A stretch of DNA of 64,000 bases from Eledone cirrhosa (taxonomy: Eukaryota). Below, one piece after another: positions 1 to 11,879 of the stretch. The notes below the pieces were generated by a model. It saw only the letters and a list, made by a program, of their open reading frames with translations. It did no database searches and had not been told where the DNA came from. How positions within the stretch are numbered: position 1 is the stretch's first letter; each line of letters begins with the position of its first letter. The stretch lies in contig OZ024740.1 in assembly GCA_964016885.1 (NCBI GenBank), positions 416,702,001-416,766,000 of the forward strand, read 5' to 3'. Position numbers and translations under genes: made by a program.

Positions 1-1509
1 ACAGTTGTCATGAGCCTATATTGGAGTTATATTTACTGTAAGTCTACCTTCTCTTCTAGACAGTTGTCATGAGCCTATATTGGAGTTATATTTACTGTAA
101 GTCTACCTTCTCTTCTAGACAGTTGTCATGAGCCTATATTGTAGTTATATTTACTGGAAGTCTACCTTCTCTTCTAGACAGTTGTCATTAGCCTATATTC
201 GAGTTATATTTACTGGAAGTCTACCTTCTCTCCTAGACAGTTGTCATGAGCCTATGTTGGTGTTATATTTACTGGAAGTCTACCTTCTCTCCTAGACAGT
301 TGTCATGAGCCTATATTGGAGTTATATTTACTAGAAGTCTACCTTCTCTTCTAGACAGTTGTCATCAGCCTATATTGGAGTTATATTCACTGGAAGTCTA
401 CCGTCTCTCCTAGACAGTTGTCATGAGCCTATGTTGGTGTTCTTTTTACTGGAAGTCTACCTTCTCTCCTAGACAGTTGTCATGAGCCTATATTGGAGTT
501 ATATTTACTGTAAGTCTACCTTCTCTTCTAGACAGTTGTCATGAGCCTATATTGGAGTTATATTTACTGGAAGTCTACCTTCTCTCCTAGACAGTTGTCA
601 TGAGCCTATATTGGAGTTATATTTACTGTAAGTCTACCTTCTTTTCTAGACAGTTGTCATGAGCCTATATTGGAGTTATGTTTACTGGAAGTCTACCTTC
701 TCTTCTAGACAGTTGTCTTGAGCCTATATTGGAGTTATATTTACTGTAAGTCTACCTTCTCTTCTAGACAGTTGTCATGAGCCTATATTGGAGTTATATT
801 TACTGGAAGTCTACCTTCTCTTCTAGACAGTTGTCATGAGCCTATATTGGAGTTATATTTACTGGAAGTCTACCTTCTCTTCTAGACAGTTGTCATGAGC
901 CTATATTGGAGTTATATTTACTGGAAGTCTACCTTCTCTTCTAGACAGTTGTCATGAGCCTATGTTGGTGTTATATTTACTGTAAGTCTACCTTCTCTCC
1001 TAGACAGTTGTCATGAGCCTATATTGGGGGTTATATTTACTGTAAGTCTACCTTCTCTCCTAGACAGTTGTCATGAGCCTATATTGGGGGTTATATTTAC
1101 TGTAAGTCTACCTTCTCTTCTAGACAGTTGTCATGAGCCTATATTGGAGTTATATTTACTGGAAGTCTACCTTCTCTTCTAGACAGTTGTTGTGAGCCCA
1201 TGTTGGTGTTATATTTACTGTAAGTCTACTTTCTCTCCTAGACAGTTGTCATGAGCCTATATTGAAGTTATATTTACTGGAAGTCTACCTTCTCTCCTAG
1301 ACAGTTGTCATGAGCCTATATTGGGGGTTATATTTACTGTAAGTCTACCTTCTCTTCTAGACAGTTGTCATGAGCCTATATTGGAGTCATATTTACTGTA
1401 AGTCTACCTTCTCTTCTAGACAGTTGTCATGAGCCTATATTGGAGTTATATTTACTGTACGTCTACCTTCTCTTCTAGACAGTTGTCATGAGCCTATATT
1501 GGAGTTATA

Positions 1510-4500
1510 TTTACTGGAAGTCTACCTTCTCTTCTAGACAGTTGTCATGGGCCTATATTGGAGTTATATTTACTGTAAGTCTACCTTCTCTCCTAGACAG
1601 TTGTCATGTGCCTATATTGGAGTTATATTTACTGTAAGTCTACCTTCTCTCATAGACAGTTGTCATGAGCCTATATTGGGGGTTATATTTACTGTAAGTC
1701 TACCTTCTCTTCTAGACAGTTGTTGTGAGCCTATGTTGGTGTTATATTTACTGTAAGTCTACCTTCTCTTCTAGACAGTTGTCATGAGCCTATATTGGAG
1801 TTATATTTACTGGAAGTCTACCTTCTCTCCTAGACAGTTGTCATGAGCCTATATTGGAGTTATATTTACTGTAAGTCTACCTTCTCTTCTAGACAGTTGT
1901 CATGAGCCTATATTGGAGTTATATTTACTGGAAGTCTACCTTCTCTTCTAGACAGTTGTCATGAGCCTATATTGGAGTTATATTTACTGGAAGTCTACCT
2001 TCTCTCCTAGACAGTTGTCATGAGCCTATATTGGAGTTATATTTACTGGAAGTTTACCTTCTCTTCTAGACAGTTGTCATGAGCCTATATTGGAGTTATA
2101 TTTACTGGAAGTCTACCTTCTCTCCTAGACAGTTGTCATGAGCCTATATTGGAATTATATTTACTGGAAGTCTACCTTCTCTTCTAGACAGTTGTCATGA
2201 GCCTATATTGGAGTTATATTTACTGGAAGTCTACCTTCTCTTCTAGATAGTTGTCATGAGCCTATATTGGAGTTATATTTACTGGAAGTCTACCTTCTCT
2301 CCTAGACAGTTTTCATGAGCCTATATTGGAGTTATATTTACTGTAAGTCTACCTTCTCTTCTAGACAGTTGTCATGAGCCTATATTGGAGTTATATTTAC
2401 TGTAAGTCTACCTTCTCTTCTAGACAGTTGTCATGAGCCTATGTTGGGGTTATATTTACTGTATGTCTACCTTCTCTCCTAGACAGTTGTCATGAGCCTA
2501 TGTTGGGGTTATATTTACTGTAAGTCTACCTTCTCTCCTAGACAGTTGTCATGAGCCTATATTGGGGGTTATATTTACTGGAAGTCTACCTTCTCTTCTA
2601 GACAGTTGTTGTGAGCCTATGTTGGTGTTATATTTACTGTAAGTCTACCTTCTCTCCTAGACAGTTGTCATGAGCCTATATTGGAGTTATATTTATTGGA
2701 AGTCTACCTTCTCTTCTAGACAGTTGTCATGAGCCTATATTGGAGTTATATTTACTGTAAGTCTACCTTCTCTTCTAGACAGTTGTCATGAGCCTATATT
2801 GGAGTTATATTTACTGGAAGTCTACCTTCTCTTCTAGACAGTTGTCATGAGCCTATATTGCAGTTATATTTACTGGAAGTCTACCTTCTCTCCTAGACAG
2901 TTGTCATGAGCCTATATTGGGGGTTATATTTACTGTAAGTCTACCTTCTCTTCTAGACAGTTGTCATGAGCCTATATTGCAGTCATATTTACTGTAAGTC
3001 TACCTTCTCTTCTAGACAGTTGTCATGAGCCTATATTGGAGTTATATTTACTGTACGTCTACCTTTTCTTCTAGACAGTTTTCATGAGCCTATATTGGAG
3101 TTATATTTACTGGAAGTCTACCTTCTCTTCTAGACAGTTGTCATGAGCCTATATTGGAGTTATATTTACTGTATGTCTACCTTCTCTCCTATACAGTTGT
3201 CATGACCCTATATTGGAATTATATTTACCGGAAGTCTTCCTTCAATTCTAGACAGTTGTCATGAGCCTATATTGGAGTTATATTTACTGTAAGTCTACCT
3301 TCTCTTCTAGACAGTTGTCATGAGCCTATATTGGAGTTATATTTACTGGAAGTCTACCTTCTCTTCTAGACAGTTGTCATGAGCCTATATTGGAGTTATA
3401 TTTACTGTAAGTCTACCTTCTCTTCTAGACAGTTGTCATGAGCCTATATTGGAGTTATATTTACTGTAAGTCTACCTTCTCTTCTAGACAGTTGTCATGA
3501 GCCTATATTGTAGTTATATTTACTGGAAGTCTACCTTCTCTTCTAGACAGTTGTCATTAGCCTATATTCGAGTTATATTTACTGGAAGTCTACCTTCTCT
3601 CCTAGACAGTTGTCATGAGCCTATGTTGGTGTTATATTTACTGGAAGTCTACCTTCTCTCCTAGACAGTTGTCATGAGCCTATATTGGAGTTATATTTAC
3701 TAGAAGTCTACCTTCTCTTCTAGACAGTTGTCATCAGCCTATATTGGAGTTATATTCACTGGAAGTCTACCGTCTCTCCTAGACAGTTGTCATGAGCCTA
3801 TGTTGGTGTTCTTTTTACTGGAAGTCTACCTTCTCTCCTAGACAGTTGTCATGAGCCTATATTGGAGTTATATTTACTGTAAGTCTACCTTCTCTTCTAG
3901 ACAGTTGTCATGAGCCTATATTGGAGTTATATTTACTGGAAGTCTACCTTCTCTCCTAGACAGTTGTCATGAGCCTATATTGGAGTTATATTTACTGTAA
4001 GTCTACCTTCTTTTCTAGACAGTTGTCATGAGCCTATATTGGAGTTATGTTTACTGGAAGTCTACCTTCTCTTCTAGACAGTTGTCATGGGCCTATATTG
4101 GAGTTATATTTACTGTAAGTCTACCTTCTCTCCTAGACAGTTGTCATGTGCCTATATTGGAGTTATATTTACTGTAAGTCTACCTTCTCTCATAGACAGT
4201 TGTCATGAGCCTATATTGGGGGTTATATTTACTGTAAGTCTACCTTCTCTTCTAGACAGTTGTTGTGAGCCTATGTTGGTGTTATATTTACTGTAAGTCT
4301 ACCTTCTCTTCTAGACAGTTGTCATGAGCCTATATTGGAGTTATATTTACTGGAAGTCTACCTTCTCTCCTAGACAGTTGTCATGAGCCTATATTGGAGT
4401 TATATTTACTGTAAGTCTACCTTCTCTTCTAGACAGTTGTCATGAGCCTATATTGGAGTTATATTTACTGGAAGTCTACCTTCTCTTCTAGACAGTTGTC

Positions 4501-6628
4501 ATGAGCCTATATTGGAGTTATATTTACTGGAAGTCTACCTTCTCTCCTAGACAGTTGTCATGAGCCTATATTGGAGTTATATTTACTGGAAGTTTACCTT
4601 CTCTTCTAGACAGTTGTCATGAGCCTATATTGGAGTTATATTTACTGGAAGTCTACCTTCTCTCCTAGACAGTTGTCATGAGCCTATATTGGAGTTATAT
4701 TTACTGGAAGTCTACCTTCTCTTCTAGACAGTTGTCATGAGCCTATATTGGAGTTATATTTACTGGAAGTCTACCTTCTCTTCTAGATAGTTGTCATGAG
4801 CCTATATTGGAGTTATATTTACTGGAAGTCTACCTTCTCTCCTAGACAGTTTTCATGAGCCTATATTGGAGTTATATTTACTGTAAGTCTACCTTCTCTT
4901 CTAGACAGTTGTCATGAGCCTATATTGGAGTTATATTTACTGGAAGTCTACCTTCTCTTCTAGACAGTTGTCATGAGCCTATGTTGGGGTTATATTTACT
5001 GTATGTCTACCTTCTCTCCTAGACAGTTGTCATGAGCCTATGTTGGGGTTATATTTACTGTAAGTCTACCTTCTCTCCTAGACAGTTGTCATGAGCCTAT
5101 ATTGGGGGTTATATTTACTGGAAGTCTACCTTCTCTTCTAGACAGTTGTTGTGAGCCTATGTTGGTGTTATATTTACTGTAAGTCTACCTTCTCTCCTAG
5201 ACAGTTGTCATGAGCCTATATTGGAGTTATATTTATTGGAAGTCTACCTTCTCTTCTAGACAGTTGTCATGAGCCTATATTGGAGTTATATTTACTGTAA
5301 GTCTACCTTCTCTTCTAGACAGTTGTCATGAGCCTATATTGGAGTTATATTTACTGGAAGTCTACCTTCTCTTCTAGACAGTTGTCATGAGCCTATATTG
5401 CAGTTATATTTACTGGAAGTCTACCTTCTCTCCTAGACAGTTGTCATGAGCCTATATTGGGGGATATATTTACTGTAAGTCTACCTTCTCTTCTAGACAG
5501 TTGTCATGAGCCTATATTGCAGTCATATTTACTGTAAGTCTACCTTCTCTTCTAGACAGTTGTCATGAGCCTATATTGGAGTTATATTTACTGTACGTCT
5601 ACCTTTTCTTCTAGACAGTTTTCATGAGCCTATATTGGAGTTATATTTACTGGAAGTCTACCTTCTCTTCTAGACAGTTGTCATGAGCCTATATTGGAGT
5701 TATATTTACTGTATGTCTACCTTCTCTCCTATACAGTTGTCATGACCCTATATTGGAGTTATATTTACCGGAAGTCTTCCTTCAATTCTAGACAGTTGTC
5801 ATGAGCCTATATTGGAGTTATATTTACTGTAAGTCTACCTTCTCTTCTAGACAGTTGTCATGAGCCTATATTGGAGTTATATTTACTGGAAGTCTACCTT
5901 CTCTTCTAGACAGTTGTCATGAGCCTATATTGGAGTTATATTTACTGTAAGTCTACCTTCTCTTCTAGACAGTTGTCATGAGCCTATATTGGAGTTATAT
6001 TTACTGTAAGTCTACCTTCTCTTCTAGACAGTTGTCATGAGCCTATATTGTAGTTATATTTACTGGAAGTCTACCTTCTCTTCTAGACAGTTGTCATTAG
6101 CCTATATTCGAGTTATATTTACTGGAAGTCTACCTTCTCTCCTAGACAGTTGTCATGAGCCTATGTTGGTGTTATATTTACTGGAAGTCTACCTTCTCTC
6201 CTAGACAGTTGTCATGAGCCTATATTGGAGTTATATTTACTAGAAGTCTACCTTCTCTTCTAGACAGTTGTCATCAGCCTATATTGGAGTTATATTCACT
6301 GGAAGTCTACCGTCTCTCCTAGACAGTTGTCATGAGCCTATGTTGGTGTTCTTTTTACTGGAAGTCTACCTTCTCTCCTAGACAGTTGTCATGAGCCTAT
6401 ATTGGAGTTATATTTACTGTAAGTCTACCTTCTCTTCTAGACAGTTGTCATGAGCCTATATTGGAGTTATATTTACTGGAAGTCTACCTTCTCTCCTAGA
6501 CAGTTGTCATGAGCCTATATTGGAGTTATATTTACTGTAAGTCTACCTTCTTTTCTAGACAGTTGTCATGAGCCTATATTGGAGTTATGTTTACTGGAAG
6601 TCTACCTTCTCTTCTAGACAGTTGTCAT
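1510..6628. repeat. Tandem block duplication, period 2540 bp (43 monomers)
   Basis: Private variants recur at +2540: catgggcc (1547/4087, the identical 69-aa ORFs), ctcatagac, agtttacc (2051/4591), tagatag, tttattgg. A few differences were seen (ggaatt about 2154 vs ggagtt; tgtaag 2401 vs tggaag 4941; gggttat 2921 vs gggatat 5461). Confidence 0.9.
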
Positions 6629-9428
6629 GAGCCTATATTGGAGTTATATTTACTGTAAGTCTACCTTCTCTCCTATACAGTTCTCATGAGCCTATATTGG
6701 AGTTATATTTACTGGAAGTCTACCTTCTCTTCTAGACAGTTGTCATGAGCCTATATTGGAGTTATATTTACTGGAAGTCTACCTTCTCTCCTAGACAGTT
6801 GTCATGAGCCTATATTGGAGTTATATTTACTGTAAGTCTACCTTCTCTTCTAGACAGTTGTCATGAGCCTATATTGGAGTTATATTTACTGTAAGTCTAC
6901 CTTCTCTTCTAGACAGTTTTCATGAGCCTATATTGGAGTTATATTTACTGTAAGTCTACCTTCTCTCCTAGACAGTTGTCATGAGCCTATATTGGAGTTA
7001 TATTTACTGTAAGTCTACCTTCTCTTCTAGACAGTTGTCATGAGCCTATATTGGAGTTATATTTACTGGAAGTCTACCTTCTCTTCTAGACAGTTGTCAT
7101 GAGCCTATATTGGAGTTATATTTACTGGAAGTCTACCTTCTCTCCTAGACAGTTGTCATGAGCCTATGTTGGTGTTATATTTACTGGAAGTCTACCTTCT
7201 CTCCTAGACAGTTGTCATGAGCCTATATTGGAGTTATATTTACTGGAAGTCTACCTTCTCTTCTAGACAGTTGTCATGAGCCTATATTGGAGTTATATTT
7301 ACTGGAAGTCTACCTTCTCTTCTAGACAGTTGTCATGAGCCTATGTTGGGGTTATATTTACTGTAAGTCTACCTTCTCTCCTAGACAGTTGTCATGAGCC
7401 TATATTGGAGTTATATTTACTGGAAGTCTACCTTCTCTTCTAGACAGTTGTCATGAGCCTATATTGCAGTTATATTTACTGGAAGTCTACCTTCTCTCCT
7501 AGACAGTTGTCATGAGCCTATATTGGGGGTTATATTTACTGTAAGTCTACCTTCTCTTCTAGACAGTTGTCATGAGCCTATATTGCAGTCATATTTACTG
7601 TAAGTCTACCTTCTCTTCTAGACAGTTGTCATGAGCCTATATTGGAGTTATATTTACTGTACGTCTACCTTTTCTTCTAGACAGTTTTCATGAGCCTATA
7701 TTGGAGTTATATTTACTGGAAGTCTACCTTCTCTTCTAGACAGTTGTCATGAGCCTATATTGGAGTTATATTTACTGTATGTCTACCTTCTCTCCTATAC
7801 AGTTGTCATGACCCTATATTGGAGTTATATTTACCGGAAGTCTTCCTTCAATTCTAGACAGTTGTCATGAGCCTATATTGGAGTTATATTTACTGTAAGT
7901 CTACCTTCTCTTCTAGACAGTTGTCATGAGCCTATATTGGAGTTATATTTACTGGAAGTCTACCTTCTCTTCTAGACAGTTGTCATGAGCCTATATTGGA
8001 GTTATATTTACTGTAAGTCTACCTTCTCTTCTAGACAGTTGTCATGAGCCTATATTGGAGTTATATTTACTGTAAGTCTACCTTCTCTTCTAGACAGTTG
8101 TCATGAGCCTATATTGTAGTTATATTTACTGGAAGTCTACCTTCTCTTCTAGACAGTTGTCATTAGCCTATATTCGAGTTATATTTACTGGAAGTCTACC
8201 TTCTCTCCTAGACAGTTGTCATGAGCCTATGTTGGTGTTATATTTACTGGAAGTCTACCTTCTCTCCTAGACAGTTGTCATGAGCCTATATTGGAGTTAT
8301 ATTTACTAGAAGTCTACCTTCTCTTCTAGACAGTTGTCATCAGCCTATATTGGAGTTATATTCACTGGAAGTCTACCGTCTCTCCTAGACAGTTGTCATG
8401 AGCCTATGTTGGTGTTATATTTACTGTAAGTCTACCTTCTCTTCTAGACAGTTGTCATGAGCCTATATTGGAGTTATATTTACTGGAAGTCTACCTTCTC
8501 TCCTAGACAGTTGTCATGAGCCTATATTGGAGTTATATTTACTGTAAGTCTACCTTCTTTTCTAGACAGTTGTCATGAGCCTATATTGGAGTTATGTTTA
8601 CTGGAAGTCTACCTTCTCTTCTAGACAGTTGTCATGAGCCTATATTGGAGTTATATTTACTGTAAGTCTACCTTCTCTCCTATACAGTTCTCATGAGCCT
8701 ATATTGGAGTTATATTTACTGGAAGTCTACCTTCTCTTCTAGACAGTTGTCATGAGCCTATATTGGAGTTATATTTACTGGAAGTCTACCTTCTCTCCTA
8801 GACAGTTGTCATGAGCCTATATTGGAGTTATATTTACTGTAAGTCTACCTTCTCTTCTAGACAGTTGTCATGAGCCTATATTGGAGTTATATTTACTGTA
8901 AGTCTACCTTCTCTTCTAGACAGTTGTCATGAGCCTATATTGGAGTTATATTTACTGTAAGTCTACCTTCTCTCCTAGACAGTTGTCATGAGCCTATATT
9001 GGAGTTATATTTACTGTAAGTCTACCTTCTCTTCTAGACAGTTGTCATGAGCCTATATTGGAGTTATATTTACTGGAAGTCTACCTTCTCTTCTAGACAG
9101 TTGTCATGAGCCTATATTGGAGTTATATTTACTGGAAGTCTACCTTCTCTCCTAGACAGTTGTCATGAGCCTATGTTGGTGTTATATTTACTGGAAGTCT
9201 ACCTTCTCTCCTAGACAGTTGTCATGAGCCTATATTGGAGTTATATTTACTGGAAGTCTACCTTCTCTTCTAGACAGTTGTCATGAGCCTATATTGGAGT
9301 TATATTTACTGGAAGTCTACCTTCTCTTCTAGACAGTTGTCATGAGCCTATGTTGGGGTTATATTTACTGTAAGTCTACCTTCTCTCCTAGACAGTTGTC
9401 ATGAGCCTATATTGGAGTTATATTTACT
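5320..9428. repeat. Tandem block duplication, period 2066 bp (35 monomers) shifting to 2007 bp after loss of one monomer
   Basis: ttaccggaagtcttccttcaatt occurs at 5765 and 7831 (+2066). ggagttatgttt occurs at 6581 and 8588 (+2007). One monomer is missing near 8400-8450. Confidence 0.85.
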
Positions 9429-11879
9429 GTAAGTCTACCTTCTCTTCTAGACAGTTTTCATGAGCCTATGTTGGGGTTATATTTACTGTAAGTCTACCTT
9501 CTCTCCTAGACAGTTGTCATGAGCCTATGTTGGGGTTATATTTACTGTAAGTCTACCTTCTCTCCTAGACAGTTGTCATGAGCCTATATTGGGGGTTATA
9601 TTTACTGGAAGTCTACCTTCTCTCCTAGACAGTTGTCATGAGCCTATATTGGGGGTTATATTTACTGTAAGTCTACCTTCTCTTCTAGACAGTTGTCATG
9701 AGCCTATATTGGAGTTATATTTACTGGAAGTCTACCTTCTCTTCTAGACAGTTGTTGTGAGCCTATGTTGGTGTTATATTTACTGTAAGTCTACCTTCTC
9801 TCCTAGACAGTTGTCATGAGCCTATATTGGAGTTATATTTACTGGAAGTCTACCTTCTCTTCTAGACAGTTGTCATGAGCTTATATTGGAGTTATATTTA
9901 CTGTAAGTCTACCTTCTCTTCTAGACAGTTGTCATGAGACTATATTGGAGTTATATTTACTGGAAGTCTACCTTCTCTTCTAGACAGTTGTCATGAGCCT
10001 ATATTGCAGTTATATTTACTGGAAGTCTACCTTCTCTCCTAGACAGTTGTCATGAGCCTATATTGGGGGTTATATTTACTGTAAGTCTACCTTCTCTTCT
10101 AGACAGTTGTCATGAGCCTATATTGGAGTCATATTTACTGTAAGTCTACCTTCTCTTCTAGACAGTTGTCATGAGCCTATATTGGAGTTATATTTACTGT
10201 ACGTCTACCTTTTCTTCTAGACAGTTTTCATGAGCCTATATTGGAGTTATATTTACTGGAAGTCTACCTTCTCTTCTAGACAGTTGTCATGAGCCTATAT
10301 TGGAGTTATATTTACTGTATGTCTACCTTCTCTCCTATACAGTTGTCAGGACCCTATATTGGAGTTATATTTACTGGAAGTCTACCTTCAATTCTAGACA
10401 GTTGTCCTGAGCCTATATTGGAGTTATATTTACTGTAAGTCTACCTTCTCTTCTAGACAGTTGTCATGAGCCTATATTGGAGTTATATTTACTGGAAGTC
10501 TACCTTCTCTTCTAGACAGTTGTCATGAGCCTATATTGGAGTTATATTTACTGGAAGTCTACCTTCTCTCCTAGACAGTTGTCATGAGCCTATATTGGAG
10601 TTATATTTACTGGAAGTCTACCTTCTCTTCTAGACAGTTGTCATGCGCCTATATTGGAGTTATATTTACTGTAAGTCTACCTCCTCTTCTAGACAGTTGT
10701 CATGAGCCTATATTGGAGTTATATTTACTGGAAGTCTACCTTCTCTCCTAGACAGTTGTCATGAGCCTATATTGGAGTTATATTTACTGGAAGTCTACCT
10801 TCTCTTCTAGACAGTTGTCATGAGCCCATATTGGAGTTATATTTACTGTAAGTCTACCTTCTCTTCTAGACAGTTGTCATGAGCCTATATTGGAGTTATA
10901 TTTACTGTAAGTCTACCTTCTCTTCTAGACAGTTGTCATGAGCCTATATTGTAGTTATATTTACTGGAAGTCTACCTTCTCTTCTAGACAGTTGTCATTA
11001 GCCTATATTCGAGTTATATTTACTGGAAGTCTACCTTCTCTCCTAGACAGTTGTCATGAGCCTATGTTGGTGTTATATTTACTGGAAGTCTACCTTCTCT
11101 TCTAGACAGTTGTCATGAGCCTATATTGGAGTTACATTTACTGTAAGTCTACCTTCTCTTCTAGACAGTTGTCATGAGCCTATATTGGAGTTATATTTAC
11201 TGTATGTCTACCTTCTCTTCTAGACAGTTGTCATGAGCCTATATTGGAGTTACATTTACTGTAAGTCTACCTTCTCTCCTAGACAGTTGTCATGAGCCTA
11301 TATTGGAGTTCTATTTACTTGAAGTCTACCTTCTCTTCTAGACAGTTGTCATCAGCCTATATTGGAGTTATATTCACTGGAAGTCTACCGTCTCTCCTAG
11401 ACAGTTGTCATGAGCCTATGTTGGTGTTATATTTACTGGAAGTCTACCTTCTCTCCTAGACAGTTGTCATGAGCCTATATTGGAGTTATGTTTACTGGAA
11501 GTCTACCTTCTCTTCTAGACAGTTGTCATGAGCCTATATTGGAGTTATATTTACTGTAAGTCTACCTTCTCTCCTATACAGTTCTCATGAGCCTATATTG
11601 GAGTTATATTTACTGGAAGTCTACCTTCTCTTCTAGACAGTTGTCATGAGCCTATATTGGAGTTATATTTACTGGAAGTCTACCTTCTCTCCTAGACAGT
11701 TGTCATGAGCCTATATTGGAGTTATATTTACTGTAAGTCTACCTTCTCTTCTAGACAGTTGTCATGAGCCTATATTGGAGTTATATTTACTGTATGTCTA
11801 CCTTCTCTTCTAGACAGTTGTCATGAGCCTATATTGGAGTTACATTTACTGTAAGTCTACCTTCTCTCCTAGACAGTTG

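Noticed and set aside
17-35. TATA-like promoter elements (cctatatt, gttatattta)
   Set aside because: These are AT-rich parts of the monomer with no downstream gene and no evidence of promoter function.
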